From an uncultured Gammaproteobacteria bacterium (GTDB lineage: Bacteria > Patescibacteriota > Patescibacteriia > Magasanikbacterales > GWA2-37-8), in the NCBI GenBank assembly GCA_964535515.1, contig CAZHTA010000005.1, positions 13-64,012 of the forward strand: 64,000 nt of DNA, in the 5' to 3' direction. Below, piece by piece: positions 29,809 through 39,404 of this stretch. Position 1 is the first letter of the stretch, and every line of letters starts with the position of its first letter. A program made the position numbers and the translations under genes. The notes below the pieces were generated by a model. It did no database searches. It had not been told where the DNA came from and was given only the letters and a program-made list of their open reading frames with translations.

Positions 29809-32800
29809 ATGCCAGATGAAGTAGAGGACAACCAAGAGTTGGCGGTTGAACAGGATGGTGCACCTATAGAAATATTTGAGGGTCCATTCACTAATGAGAC
29901 TGAAGTTGATTTTGAAAATTTAAGAGCTGGGGCTGAGGTTGCTGAAGAAACTGCTAGGCAAGCAGAAGATTTTGTTATACAAAATCAAGACAAACCAGAG
30001 TTTGTCGAAGAAGTGCAAGCGATGGTTGAAGTAAAGACTGAGGCCAAAGAAATCAAATCTGGGTTTTTGCGTGGGTTAGATAAGATTTTTGGTGGCGTAA
30101 AGGAGAAGCTTAAGGGAGGTTTAGAAAAATCAGTTAAGGTTGATGATGAAAAAGTTATTGCTAGTTTGCACGCGAAATTAAATAAACTTCAGGTTGCTTT
30201 GCTTACAAAGAAGACTGATTTTTTGAAAAAAGTTGCTAAAAAATTAGGGACGAAATATTATTCAATACCAAAAAAAGAAGAAGAAAAAGCAATGACGGAA
30301 TTTTCTTATGGCAAAGAAAGTGGGGATGAATTTTTGGAATTACTTGATTTACATAAAAAAGCAGAAAAAAGTGACTATAAAAAATGGGAAAAAGCGGAAG
30401 AAGTTCTTTTGAGGGTTGCCAGGGACTTGATTTACAGCGCTTTAAGAAAGGGAAATCTAGAAGCAGCGTTAAGATTGTATGACCGATTGCCTGATTTGTT
30501 GGGTCTTAGTGAGATTTCAGAGAGGATAGTAATGTTTGTAGATGATCAATTCAAAGAAGAATATGATAAAAATGAAGGATATTTTGATTCAGAGAAAGCT
30601 CGTTTTGAGAACAAAAGAAAAGCGCGGATAAATTTCTTTAAAGATAAATTAAAATTTCGTCCAGATTTACGATTTTCAACATTTTTTATTAATGATCCGT
30701 ATTATCGAGGAGGTGGATTGGAATGCGTTGATGATGCTCAGCTGGGTGTTTTTAAAGATATTATTATCAAAGGCAATCGTGATTGTATATTAGCAAAATT
30801 TTCACCAACTGAAAAAATGACCGAAGAGGAGGTTGACAGGTTGTTCGAAGCGTATAGGAGGTTTGATAAAAACAAAATATTAAATAATATTGATCGTTTA
30901 AAAAGCAGAGTTGAAAAGTTGACTGATGCGGAGAGAGATGATGTAATTTTGCCTTTAATCGAAAATGGTGCGTGTTTGAACAATCCGGGTTTTGAACAGT
31001 ATTTACGTTTTTTCCCACTGACTAAAGCACAGACACGAGAGTTTGTTCACAAATTTTGGGATTATTATGAACCGTCAGATAATAAAACTAAAGATGAAGA
31101 CAAAAGAAAATGTATTGAACATTTGTCAATTAATTTTCCACAGATCTTTTTATTTGATTCAAATTTGGAAAAGATGAGTAATGTTTTTGAGTGGCCGTTA
31201 ACGGCAATAGATCAAAAGAAAGTGATTAGATATTGTTCTGGCGGTTTAGATGAAAGAGGAAATCTTAATGGGGATATTGATAATTTAAAGATGGTTATTG
31301 ATCGTAACAAAGAAGACTGTTCAGGATTGGGGGATATAGAAAGAGAAAATGCGTTATTAACTTATGTAAATTTACACCGAAGTTTTGGTTCGATTGATTA
31401 TGAACGTTTGTTTGGCGCTCTAGATAAAGCATCAGATGATGTTAGGGGAAAAATAATTCTAGAACTTAAAACTAAAAGGGCTTTAGAGGTTGTAGTTTTA
31501 GGTTTTGAATTTTTAAAACCCGAAGAACAAAAAAGCTTTTTAAGTTCTGATATGTTGGATGCACGCAAGCTTTTGGGCGTGTTTTATAATGGTGATAGTA
31601 GTGTTGATGGTGTTATGTATATAATTAATGGTTTGCATTTGTCAAATACAGAAAAGAAAAATATATATAGCCATTTGTTTGGTGATCTTACGAGTATTGA
31701 TCAAATAAAGTTGCTTAATACTTTTTATAAATATACAAATTCTAAAAAAGAATTAGAAGATTATTTGTCAGCCAATATTTCTGGGGTGTTAGGAAATTTA
31801 GATTTACTCGGTTATTTATCAAGTATTGGTAATGGGATTTATCCGGATATTGATTCGTTAAGTGCTGAAGATAGAGATTTTTTGACGTTAGCGCAAAATT
31901 TTCGAGCTTCGAAAAATCAACGTGATCTTTGGACGAGAATTGATCATGATGGTATAAACAGAGTTGAATGTAATGAAGGAGAGGTTGTGGCCACAAAAAA
32001 GGCAGATAGATTTGAAAGTAGAGTTTTAGCAAAAATTTTAGATGAAATGGGGTTGTCCACAGTCGAAAGAGATAAGCTTATAAATACGTTGATCTCTAGC
32101 CCTATCAGTGTTAGTGAGAGGTGTTGTGGTAAGCTCTCGGAATATTCGTCGGCTGAATTTTTTGATATCACTTTATTATCACAAGATAAGGGTGGAATTT
32201 TAACAAATGAACAATTTAATAAAATGGTGGATGGATTGTTGGTAAGCAGGCCAGATACTGTTTATGAAATATATATTGAAATTGGTGCTACTGCAGAAGA
32301 GAAAAAGCGATTGGCATTGGCGTTAGTAGAACATAATCCAAAATATTTATTGTCTCTTCATTTAAAAGGCGGAGATGTTTTGGAATTGATTTCTTTTTTA
32401 CCTCATCAAAAACGTTTAGACGCGATTAAAGAAATGGAAGTCGAAGAGCTTGTGAGTATTTTAGGTCAAGGACAGGGAGTAGTTTTTGGCCAGTTTGATC
32501 AAAGCGAGAGAGGCGCGGTTGTAGACAAACTATCGAAAGACAAACCGGAATTTATTTATGTTCTATACGAGAGTGTAGGTGTAATTTCTTCGGAAGAAAA
32601 AAAACAATTAGCGGAATCTTTTTTAAAGGTTAATCCTGTATATTTATTTCAAAAATATGTTGAGGGTAGTGATGGGATGGGTATAATTTATGGTTTGGAA
32701 AATTTGGATGAGATAATAGATAAGGTTGCGGAGTTTGACCCAGCTTTGGTGTTTATACATCGCAAGTTTTTGAATCTTGATGAAAAAAGACGTTTAGAGT

Positions 32801-34938
32801 TAATGAGACAAATGAGTCCTGATAAGCTAGTTTGGGTTTGTGTCGCAGAGGATGGTACAGAAAAAGATCCGCTTGAACAATATGAGCGAGACGAAATATT
32901 GCTTAAGTTATTAGATGGGTACCCAGAATTCGTTTATAATATGTATGTGCAGATTGGTAAAATAACACCAGAGCAGAGTCGGGGGTTAGCTGCTTCATTT
33001 TTATTACACAAACCCGAGTATCTTCTCCGGCTTTTTGTGTCAGGTCAAGATACGCTTGATGTATTTAATAATTCTTTTAATAGGAACGAATTAGTAGATA
33101 AGTTTATTGCGGTTTATCCAAGTTTAGTTTTTGAACATAGGGGTAAATTAAATCTTAGTGCGGAAAAGCGTATTGCGTTAATTGCATATATGCATCCTAG
33201 AGATATTGCCAATGTTATTCTTAATGTTAACGATGAAGGAAATAAATTTGCTAGTTTTGAGCAATATGAAAAAGATGCTATTTTAAGTAGATTTTTTAAT
33301 CAGGCTGCTGGGGAGTTCGTTAATTGTCGTAAAGAGTTTGGTTTGGGTGACTTAGATGGTATTCTTAAGATTAGGGATTTAAATATTTTTGGTGCTTATG
33401 AAGAGAAGATAAGTGCTGAAGTTCGTGAAAACATGGTGATCAGAACACAACAATTGTTATGTGCGGCGACTTTTTCAGATAGTATCGGGGATAAAAACTA
33501 TGAGTATTTTGATCAATTTGAAGTTGATGAAAATGAAAGTAAGAATTCAGTATTTTTTCGTGAATTTGTTGAGAAATATCCAATTGGTAACAAGGGGAAA
33601 ACCATTCTTGTTTTGTGTGCGGCTAAAGCATTTGAGGCTGGCGCTACTGCCGGTGAGGTGGTCGCCAACATTAGGCATGAGGTGGAATCTTATGAAAAGG
33701 TTATTGATAGATATGCGAGCTTAGATATTCCGACTGGTTTGCGTGCGTCTATGGGGACAGAATATGAAATTACGAAACCTAATAGTGAGGGCCACCGAGA
33801 AAGATTTGGAATGGACCTGAAGTCTAATATCATGAGTCTTAGTATGTTAGCGGAGGTGGGTCAGGGTCGTGATGCAGTACATGAAATTGCTACAAAACCG
33901 ACTGACAATCCGGCTTTGCTTTTGGCGGAAATGCATTTATTGCAAGAATTAGGATTTATTGATTTAAACTTTAATGAATATACTAAAGGGAGCCGCGGTT
34001 ATCATTTAACTATTGGTGGCGCACACGGTTTGCGAAACAGCAGGGATACTCGTTTTCTGTTAAATACATTAGTTATGTCTGGTTGGGCAGGTATAAACGC
34101 TGGTAAAGTAATTGGCGCTGTAAGCAGTGGTAGAAACATCCCGATTAGAGACCGTGGTTTTGGTGGAGTTCAAGTATTTAAGGGTGATACGCAATCAACC
34201 GAACTACGTAGTGTGTCTATTGATGCTTGGGAACCGTTTGAAAGAACGATTTTGACTAGTTATTTCTCTAGTATTGCTATTCAGACAATGAATAAATATT
34301 GTCCGGTTGAAGATTTGAAGGACTTTCTTGATGATCCAAGATTGTTGTCTGATTGGAGTGATAATTTTATTAGTAATCGTTCGTTGTCGGGAAGTGATTT
34401 GGAGGAGAGTAGCAAAATAGTAGAGATTGTTGGTGCATGGGTAAAATTGATGAGTGATGCAAAAGCAGCGGTAGATTACCATAATGAAAATTTTCCAACC
34501 GAAGCTTATAATGAAGAAGTTTATCGACAGATGGATGAGGCGACCATGGGAGAGAACTTTGAAAAAAAATTAGATATTGATCCAGCAGAGTTGTTTAGTG
34601 ATTTAACTCCGGAGTTTATTAATCGTTTGACGATGATTACTAATTTGTTTATTAAGCCATCTTTGAAAAGTGGCGGAGACACCGTAAATGCTGCGGCAAT
34701 ATTGTCAACTACTAAGATTGGTAAAAAGAATGGTGAAGAGTACGTGGAAGAAAGCCGGAGAACCCAATATAGTTCAATGTTTGATAGAGGTGAAAGTCGA
34801 CAGGGGTATTATTATGTTCAAAATGGCAGTCAGGAAATGATTATTCATAAAATTCAACAGTTATTGTTAGAGTTTAATCAGCGAATGCAGAAGGTTTTAT
34901 CGCGTTCGAATGCTGCTGTAATAGCGAAGGCGGCTTAA
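29809..34938 (+). CDS. 1709-aa protein with helical repeats and a C-terminal amidoligase-like (GS/GCS fold) domain
   Basis: Long intact ORF; SMGTEYEI, HEIATKP, GYHLTIGG and TELRS occur in ligase motif order. Confidence 0.7.
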   Translation: MPDEVEDNQELAVEQDGAPIEIFEGPFTNETEVDFENLRAGAEVAEETARQAEDFVIQNQDKPEFVEEVQAMVEVKTEAKEIKSGFLRGLDKIFGGVKEKLKGGLEKSVKVDDEKVIASLHAKLNKLQVALLTKKTDFLKKVAKKLGTKYYSIPKKEEEKAMTEFSYGKESGDEFLELLDLHKKAEKSDYKKWEKAEEVLLRVARDLIYSALRKGNLEAALRLYDRLPDLLGLSEISERIVMFVDDQFKEEYDKNEGYFDSEKARFENKRKARINFFKDKLKFRPDLRFSTFFINDPYYRGGGLECVDDAQLGVFKDIIIKGNRDCILAKFSPTEKMTEEEVDRLFEAYRRFDKNKILNNIDRLKSRVEKLTDAERDDVILPLIENGACLNNPGFEQYLRFFPLTKAQTREFVHKFWDYYEPSDNKTKDEDKRKCIEHLSINFPQIFLFDSNLEKMSNVFEWPLTAIDQKKVIRYCSGGLDERGNLNGDIDNLKMVIDRNKEDCSGLGDIERENALLTYVNLHRSFGSIDYERLFGALDKASDDVRGKIILELKTKRALEVVVLGFEFLKPEEQKSFLSSDMLDARKLLGVFYNGDSSVDGVMYIINGLHLSNTEKKNIYSHLFGDLTSIDQIKLLNTFYKYTNSKKELEDYLSANISGVLGNLDLLGYLSSIGNGIYPDIDSLSAEDRDFLTLAQNFRASKNQRDLWTRIDHDGINRVECNEGEVVATKKADRFESRVLAKILDEMGLSTVERDKLINTLISSPISVSERCCGKLSEYSSAEFFDITLLSQDKGGILTNEQFNKMVDGLLVSRPDTVYEIYIEIGATAEEKKRLALALVEHNPKYLLSLHLKGGDVLELISFLPHQKRLDAIKEMEVEELVSILGQGQGVVFGQFDQSERGAVVDKLSKDKPEFIYVLYESVGVISSEEKKQLAESFLKVNPVYLFQKYVEGSDGMGIIYGLENLDEIIDKVAEFDPALVFIHRKFLNLDEKRRLELMRQMSPDKLVWVCVAEDGTEKDPLEQYERDEILLKLLDGYPEFVYNMYVQIGKITPEQSRGLAASFLLHKPEYLLRLFVSGQDTLDVFNNSFNRNELVDKFIAVYPSLVFEHRGKLNLSAEKRIALIAYMHPRDIANVILNVNDEGNKFASFEQYEKDAILSRFFNQAAGEFVNCRKEFGLGDLDGILKIRDLNIFGAYEEKISAEVRENMVIRTQQLLCAATFSDSIGDKNYEYFDQFEVDENESKNSVFFREFVEKYPIGNKGKTILVLCAAKAFEAGATAGEVVANIRHEVESYEKVIDRYASLDIPTGLRASMGTEYEITKPNSEGHRERFGMDLKSNIMSLSMLAEVGQGRDAVHEIATKPTDNPALLLAEMHLLQELGFIDLNFNEYTKGSRGYHLTIGGAHGLRNSRDTRFLLNTLVMSGWAGINAGKVIGAVSSGRNIPIRDRGFGGVQVFKGDTQSTELRSVSIDAWEPFERTILTSYFSSIAIQTMNKYCPVEDLKDFLDDPRLLSDWSDNFISNRSLSGSDLEESSKIVEIVGAWVKLMSDAKAAVDYHNENFPTEAYNEEVYRQMDEATMGENFEKKLDIDPAELFSDLTPEFINRLTMITNLFIKPSLKSGGDTVNAAAILSTTKIGKKNGEEYVEESRRTQYSSMFDRGESRQGYYYVQNGSQEMIIHKIQQLLLEFNQRMQKVLSRSNAAVIAKAA

Positions 34939-34948
34939 TTATTATTGT

Positions 34949-35353
34949 ATGAGCAGAAGAGAGTTTCCATCATATTTAAGGTTAGTACAACCAGATGAAG
35001 TACCTAGTACTAATCCTGATAGTTTGCCAGTTTCTAATTTTAGTTCGGTAGATATTTTAAATTTGCCCGATGATACAGTAAATGACATGTATAAAAGATA
35101 TTCTACTTTTCCGGTTGCATTTGATTTTTTAAATCGATTAAGTGATTGGGAATTAAAAAGAGGTTTGTCTAAAACAGATAAGGGGATATTGTTTGTTATG
35201 GCTATGACCGCACAGTCACTTAATAATACGGGTTTATTTAGTGCTTTGAGAGCTTTTATAGTTAAAGGTGAACCGCTTATAGAAAATAATCTAGTTGAAT
35301 TTGGTGGTAAAATTAAGGACTATTTATTAAATTTAAAAATTGAAAAAGAGTAA
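34949..35353 (+). CDS. Hypothetical protein
   Basis: ORF packed in operon orientation with background codon usage. Confidence 0.6.
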   Translation: MSRREFPSYLRLVQPDEVPSTNPDSLPVSNFSSVDILNLPDDTVNDMYKRYSTFPVAFDFLNRLSDWELKRGLSKTDKGILFVMAMTAQSLNNTGLFSALRAFIVKGEPLIENNLVEFGGKIKDYLLNLKIEKE

Positions 35354-35380
35354 TTATTTTAATATTTTATTATAAACCTT

Positions 35381-37318
35381 ATGGACGAAAATCAAATCCA
35401 ATCAAATACTTTGGTTAGTGAACCGGTTGTGGCAGAAGCTCCTCCCGTAGTTGTGATGCAGGATGTGCCGGTGGTTAAGAAAAAGAATGTTTTAAATTCT
35501 GCTCTTTTTCCGCTTTTAGCGTTTCTTTTGATTGGTTTGGTATATATGGCAGTTTATGCTTTTATAAAGCCCGTAGCTAAAGATATTGTTAACGAGACAA
35601 TCGCTAAAATATTTAAAAATTACGGGATGTATTTTGGTTGGGTTTTTGCTTTGTTGTCTTTGGTGATAATGTATGTTTTGTATTTAATTAAAAAAATAGT
35701 TAGATTAGGTAAATTTCAAATAACTAATCCGATTATTTTAATTGCATCACTTTTGCCTTGGTATTTTTTTGCTAAACAGTTGCTTTTTCATGAAAAACGT
35801 TATACGGATATTGCCCGAGGGATAATCACTTATGTTGGCTTGCCATTACTGTGGGTGGTATATATTGTGGCGGGCATAGCTTTAGTTTGGTTTGTTGTTC
35901 TGGCGATTGTGAAATTACTCAAAAGAAAAGATTTGGCAAATAAAGCGGCTTTAGTGTTGTTTGTTGTTTTTGCCCCGTTTGTTTTAACAGGTTGTGTTGG
36001 TGATCTTCAAGCAATGTTGTGTGATTTTTTACCTGATAGCGATCATTGTTTTCAAGGAGCAGCTGTCCAAGAAGGGGACGCAGATGGTTGTGAAAAAGTT
36101 TCGGGAGAGAAATTTAAGGATGTTGGCTCTAATCCACCACGTGACAAGTGTTATTTGCAGATTGCAGAAAATACCGGTGATTTGGAAGCTTGTAAAAAAA
36201 TTAAAGGTGGGCCAATGTCATATGATAAAGATGAATGTATTTTAAGCACCTCTTTGGCCTATGAAAATCCAGCGGGTTGTAAATTGTTGTCGGGAGCGAA
36301 TAAAACAAAATGTTTATCGGAGTTTGGCATGCGTACTACCTACGACAAAGTTTTGGAGGTAGACGACCAGATTCAAATTTTAAAAGATAGTTTAAAAAAT
36401 GGTTCAGATGCGGAAATGGAAAAGCAGTTAAAAGGTTTGGAAGAAAAACGAACTGACATGCTTGGGGTGATGACAAAAATCAATCGTACGGAATATGAAA
36501 AAATGAGTGATCCAACGAATCGAGAAATTATTGGTGATTTTGCTGTTGGTGATATTGATAGTGCTACTAAAGAAAAACTTTTAGCCTTTAATGCTTCGTT
36601 AAAGAAGCAGGGGCTAGCTTTGACCGCAAGTCAGTATGATTCTTTTAAAGAATACTATAAATTTGTGAATGATCCTGATAATGATATTGAGAAGATGAAT
36701 GATTCGGAGATTGTAAAGAATCGTTGGAATGAAAAAGTTGGTAATGTAGTTGATGCAATGAAATTTTGGAAAACTAATGATACCAAAGCTGAGGAAAGTG
36801 CTGATCAGCAATTACGTTTTTATCAACGCATGTTAGAGCGTCAGGCGGCTATTGCCAAAGGGATGAGTGATTTGCAACAGGATGTCGATAGGAATATGGA
36901 TATGGTAATTGAAGCAGGCAAAGACAAAGCCAAGGATATTTTGAAAGACAAGGTGATTGAGGGTTTGTTTGGCGAAATTACTGGTAAAACTGTTGGTATT
37001 ACTACAGCGGTATTAGGTGAAGCAATAGACACGGTTAAAGCCGAAGCCAAATCAGCTGAGTTTAGAGGCTTGGTAAATGCCTATAACTCTGGCATGTCTG
37101 AAGAAGTGGGTAAATTTGGCGGTGATGTTGAAAAGGCACATGCGGAAGTTATTAAGAAATTGATGGCTGATCCATATACATATGCAAGTGGCAATTCGTT
37201 TGCTAAGTATGGTAACTTAATAGAAAATAAAGATTGCGATGGTACTAATCCGCATTGTTTAAATAAAGAGGTATTTTGGAAGGCGATGAAAAAGTCGTAT
37301 AAATATCAACATCAATAG
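35381..37318 (+). CDS. Multi-pass membrane protein with Cys-rich extracellular repeats
   Basis: About 5 TM segments, then DHC/DKCY/DEC..C repeats and a helical C-terminus. Confidence 0.7.
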   Translation: MDENQIQSNTLVSEPVVAEAPPVVVMQDVPVVKKKNVLNSALFPLLAFLLIGLVYMAVYAFIKPVAKDIVNETIAKIFKNYGMYFGWVFALLSLVIMYVLYLIKKIVRLGKFQITNPIILIASLLPWYFFAKQLLFHEKRYTDIARGIITYVGLPLLWVVYIVAGIALVWFVVLAIVKLLKRKDLANKAALVLFVVFAPFVLTGCVGDLQAMLCDFLPDSDHCFQGAAVQEGDADGCEKVSGEKFKDVGSNPPRDKCYLQIAENTGDLEACKKIKGGPMSYDKDECILSTSLAYENPAGCKLLSGANKTKCLSEFGMRTTYDKVLEVDDQIQILKDSLKNGSDAEMEKQLKGLEEKRTDMLGVMTKINRTEYEKMSDPTNREIIGDFAVGDIDSATKEKLLAFNASLKKQGLALTASQYDSFKEYYKFVNDPDNDIEKMNDSEIVKNRWNEKVGNVVDAMKFWKTNDTKAEESADQQLRFYQRMLERQAAIAKGMSDLQQDVDRNMDMVIEAGKDKAKDILKDKVIEGLFGEITGKTVGITTAVLGEAIDTVKAEAKSAEFRGLVNAYNSGMSEEVGKFGGDVEKAHAEVIKKLMADPYTYASGNSFAKYGNLIENKDCDGTNPHCLNKEVFWKAMKKSYKYQHQ

Positions 37319-37332
37319 AAAATTGAAATATT

Positions 37333-38034
37333 ATGAATAAAAAATATATAATATTTATTATGGTCATAGCTATTTTAATTGGTGTAGCATTACTTGTGTT
37401 AGTTTTTTCGATGATGGGATCAGATAAAGAAGTTACTAATACACCGGTAACAAAAGTAGAAAATTTTAGCGAACCTATTCCAGAACCTGTTGTGGAGCCT
37501 GTGGTTCCAGTGGTTGTTGCACCTGTTGTTTCGTCAACAAATTTAGTAATTAATGAAAATACAATGCCAGTTGTTAAAATAAAAACAAACAAAGGAGACA
37601 TTACGTTAGAACTTTTTTCTGAAGACGTGCCAAAGACGGTGGAGAATTTTATTACTTTAGCTAAAAAAGGTTTTTATGATGGTGTAATTTTTCATCGGGT
37701 AATCAGTGGTTTTATGATTCAAGGCGGTGATCCAACAGGTACGGGCACGGGTGGTCCAGGGTATCGGTTTGATGATGAATTGAATTCACAAACACCTTCA
37801 TACAAGCGTGGTTATGTGCGTGGTACTTTAGCAATGGCTAACGCCGGTCCAAATACTAATGGTAGCCAGTTTTTTATCATGCACAAAGACTACCCACTAC
37901 CTAATGCCTATACTATTTTTGGGCGGGTGACAAAGGGAATAGAAGTAGTTGATGCGATTGCGGCTGAAGCTGTTGATTCGTCCGATCGTCCGCTAGAAGA
38001 CGTGGTAATGACAAAGGTAGAGGTAAAGCTTTAA
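37333..38034 (+). CDS. Membrane-anchored cyclophilin-type PPIase
   Basis: FHRVISGFMIQGGDP, LAMANAGPNTNGSQFFI. Confidence 0.95.
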   Translation: MNKKYIIFIMVIAILIGVALLVLVFSMMGSDKEVTNTPVTKVENFSEPIPEPVVEPVVPVVVAPVVSSTNLVINENTMPVVKIKTNKGDITLELFSEDVPKTVENFITLAKKGFYDGVIFHRVISGFMIQGGDPTGTGTGGPGYRFDDELNSQTPSYKRGYVRGTLAMANAGPNTNGSQFFIMHKDYPLPNAYTIFGRVTKGIEVVDAIAAEAVDSSDRPLEDVVMTKVEVKL

Positions 38035-38036
38035 AT

Positions 38037-38064
38037 TTGACAGGGTTTTTGTTGGTGGTATAAT
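38037..38064 (+). promoter_or_regulatory. Consensus sigma70 promoter
   Basis: TTGACA-N16-TATAAT with TG extension. Confidence 0.8.
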
Positions 38065-38070
38065 GTGAGT

Positions 38071-38208
38071 ATGCTTAATAAAAAGTATCAATTTTTAAAG
38101 GCACACAAAAGAAAGAAATCAGAATTTCCCTGTTGGGAAATTTTTTTTATAACCAACAATATTAATTCACTAAATCCTCCGTTTCCCGGAGGATTTTTTA
38201 AATTTTAA
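38071..38208 (+). CDS. Putative leaderless 45-aa leader peptide (Asn cluster) / attenuator
   Basis: ATG 7 nt after the -10; ...ITNNINSLNPPFPGGFFKF* overlaps two hairpin+T-tract elements. Confidence 0.5.
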   Translation: MLNKKYQFLKAHKRKKSEFPCWEIFFITNNINSLNPPFPGGFFKF

Positions 38209-38288
38209 AATTATGACATAAAATATCAATCAATAATTTGACGGCTAATGGCCGTCTGTTTTTTAGAAAATAATTTAATTAAAAAACT

Positions 38289-39293
38289 ATGGATACATCA
38301 GTTATTAAATTAACCGATCGAGTTTTGCAAGGCGCACGAGAATATTTGATTCAGAATGGTTATACGGAAGTCGTAACACCGCGCATTGTTAAGGCATCAG
38401 GTGCTTGTGAGAATATCAACACTTTGTTTGAGGTTTCATCAGATAAGGATGATCGTTGGTTTGATGGTCACAAAAGTTATTTGGCACAAACTGGTCAGTT
38501 GTATCTTGAGGCTTTAGTGCCAAAGTTAGGTTGTGTATATTGTGTTGGTCCTAGTTTTCGTGCGGAGCCGAAGGTAGACAAAAGGCATTTAACGGAGTTT
38601 TTGATGATTGAGATTGAACATCCAGGTGGTTTTGATCGGTTATTAGAATATATCGAAGGCATGCTTTATCATGTAGCGCAAATAGTTGCAAATGACCCAA
38701 AGGCAGTTGACGTCTATGGTATTACAGATGAAACTATTGTCCGATTAGCTTCGTGCACTAAAGTGTTTACTAAACTTACCTATGACCAAGCAATTAATAA
38801 GTTAAAGAGTTTGGGCGAAAAAATTGAATGGGGCGATGATATATCTTCAGCACAAGAGAGTGTCTTAGTATGGGAGAATAAAAATCAGCCGTTGTTTATT
38901 ACCAGATTTCCTGATCCGATGTGGAAGTTCGATAAGGATATTGAAGTGGAAAAATTTTTTAACATGTTGCCCGACCCGGAAAATCCGGGTCGTGTTTTAT
39001 CTGCTGATTTAATCTTGCCTTTTGGTGGGGAAGCAGTAGGTTCAGCAGCACGAGCGCATGAGGCCGATGTTCTGCGGGCAAGATTGGAGAACTCAAGAAT
39101 GTTTAAGCGTTTAGTGGAACGAGGGGGAAGCATTGAAGACTTTGAGTGGTATATTAACCAAGTTGAAACGAACGGTGCTGTACCACACGCAGGTTGTGGT
39201 TTTGGTATGGCCAGAGTAATACAATGGTTAAAAGGGGAGACTGATATTCGTAAGGCTGTGGCGTTTCCTTCTAACAAAGAGATTTTAGTATAG
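38289..39293 (+). CDS. AsnRS-like protein lacking the anticodon domain (archaeal-type asparagine synthetase, AS-AR/AsnRS2)
   Basis: Class II motifs YLAQTGQLYLE, FRAE..RHLTEF, PHAGCGFGMAR; no N-terminal OB fold (334 aa). Confidence 0.8.
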   Translation: MDTSVIKLTDRVLQGAREYLIQNGYTEVVTPRIVKASGACENINTLFEVSSDKDDRWFDGHKSYLAQTGQLYLEALVPKLGCVYCVGPSFRAEPKVDKRHLTEFLMIEIEHPGGFDRLLEYIEGMLYHVAQIVANDPKAVDVYGITDETIVRLASCTKVFTKLTYDQAINKLKSLGEKIEWGDDISSAQESVLVWENKNQPLFITRFPDPMWKFDKDIEVEKFFNMLPDPENPGRVLSADLILPFGGEAVGSAARAHEADVLRARLENSRMFKRLVERGGSIEDFEWYINQVETNGAVPHAGCGFGMARVIQWLKGETDIRKAVAFPSNKEILV

Positions 39294-39404
39294 TATTAGT
39301 TGGCGGTTATTAGTTTGGGTTAAATGTTAGGGTAGTTATAGGAAAAAATCCGCTTGTTTTAAAGCGGATTTTTTGTTAATATTACTACGTTAATATATTT
39401 TTAT

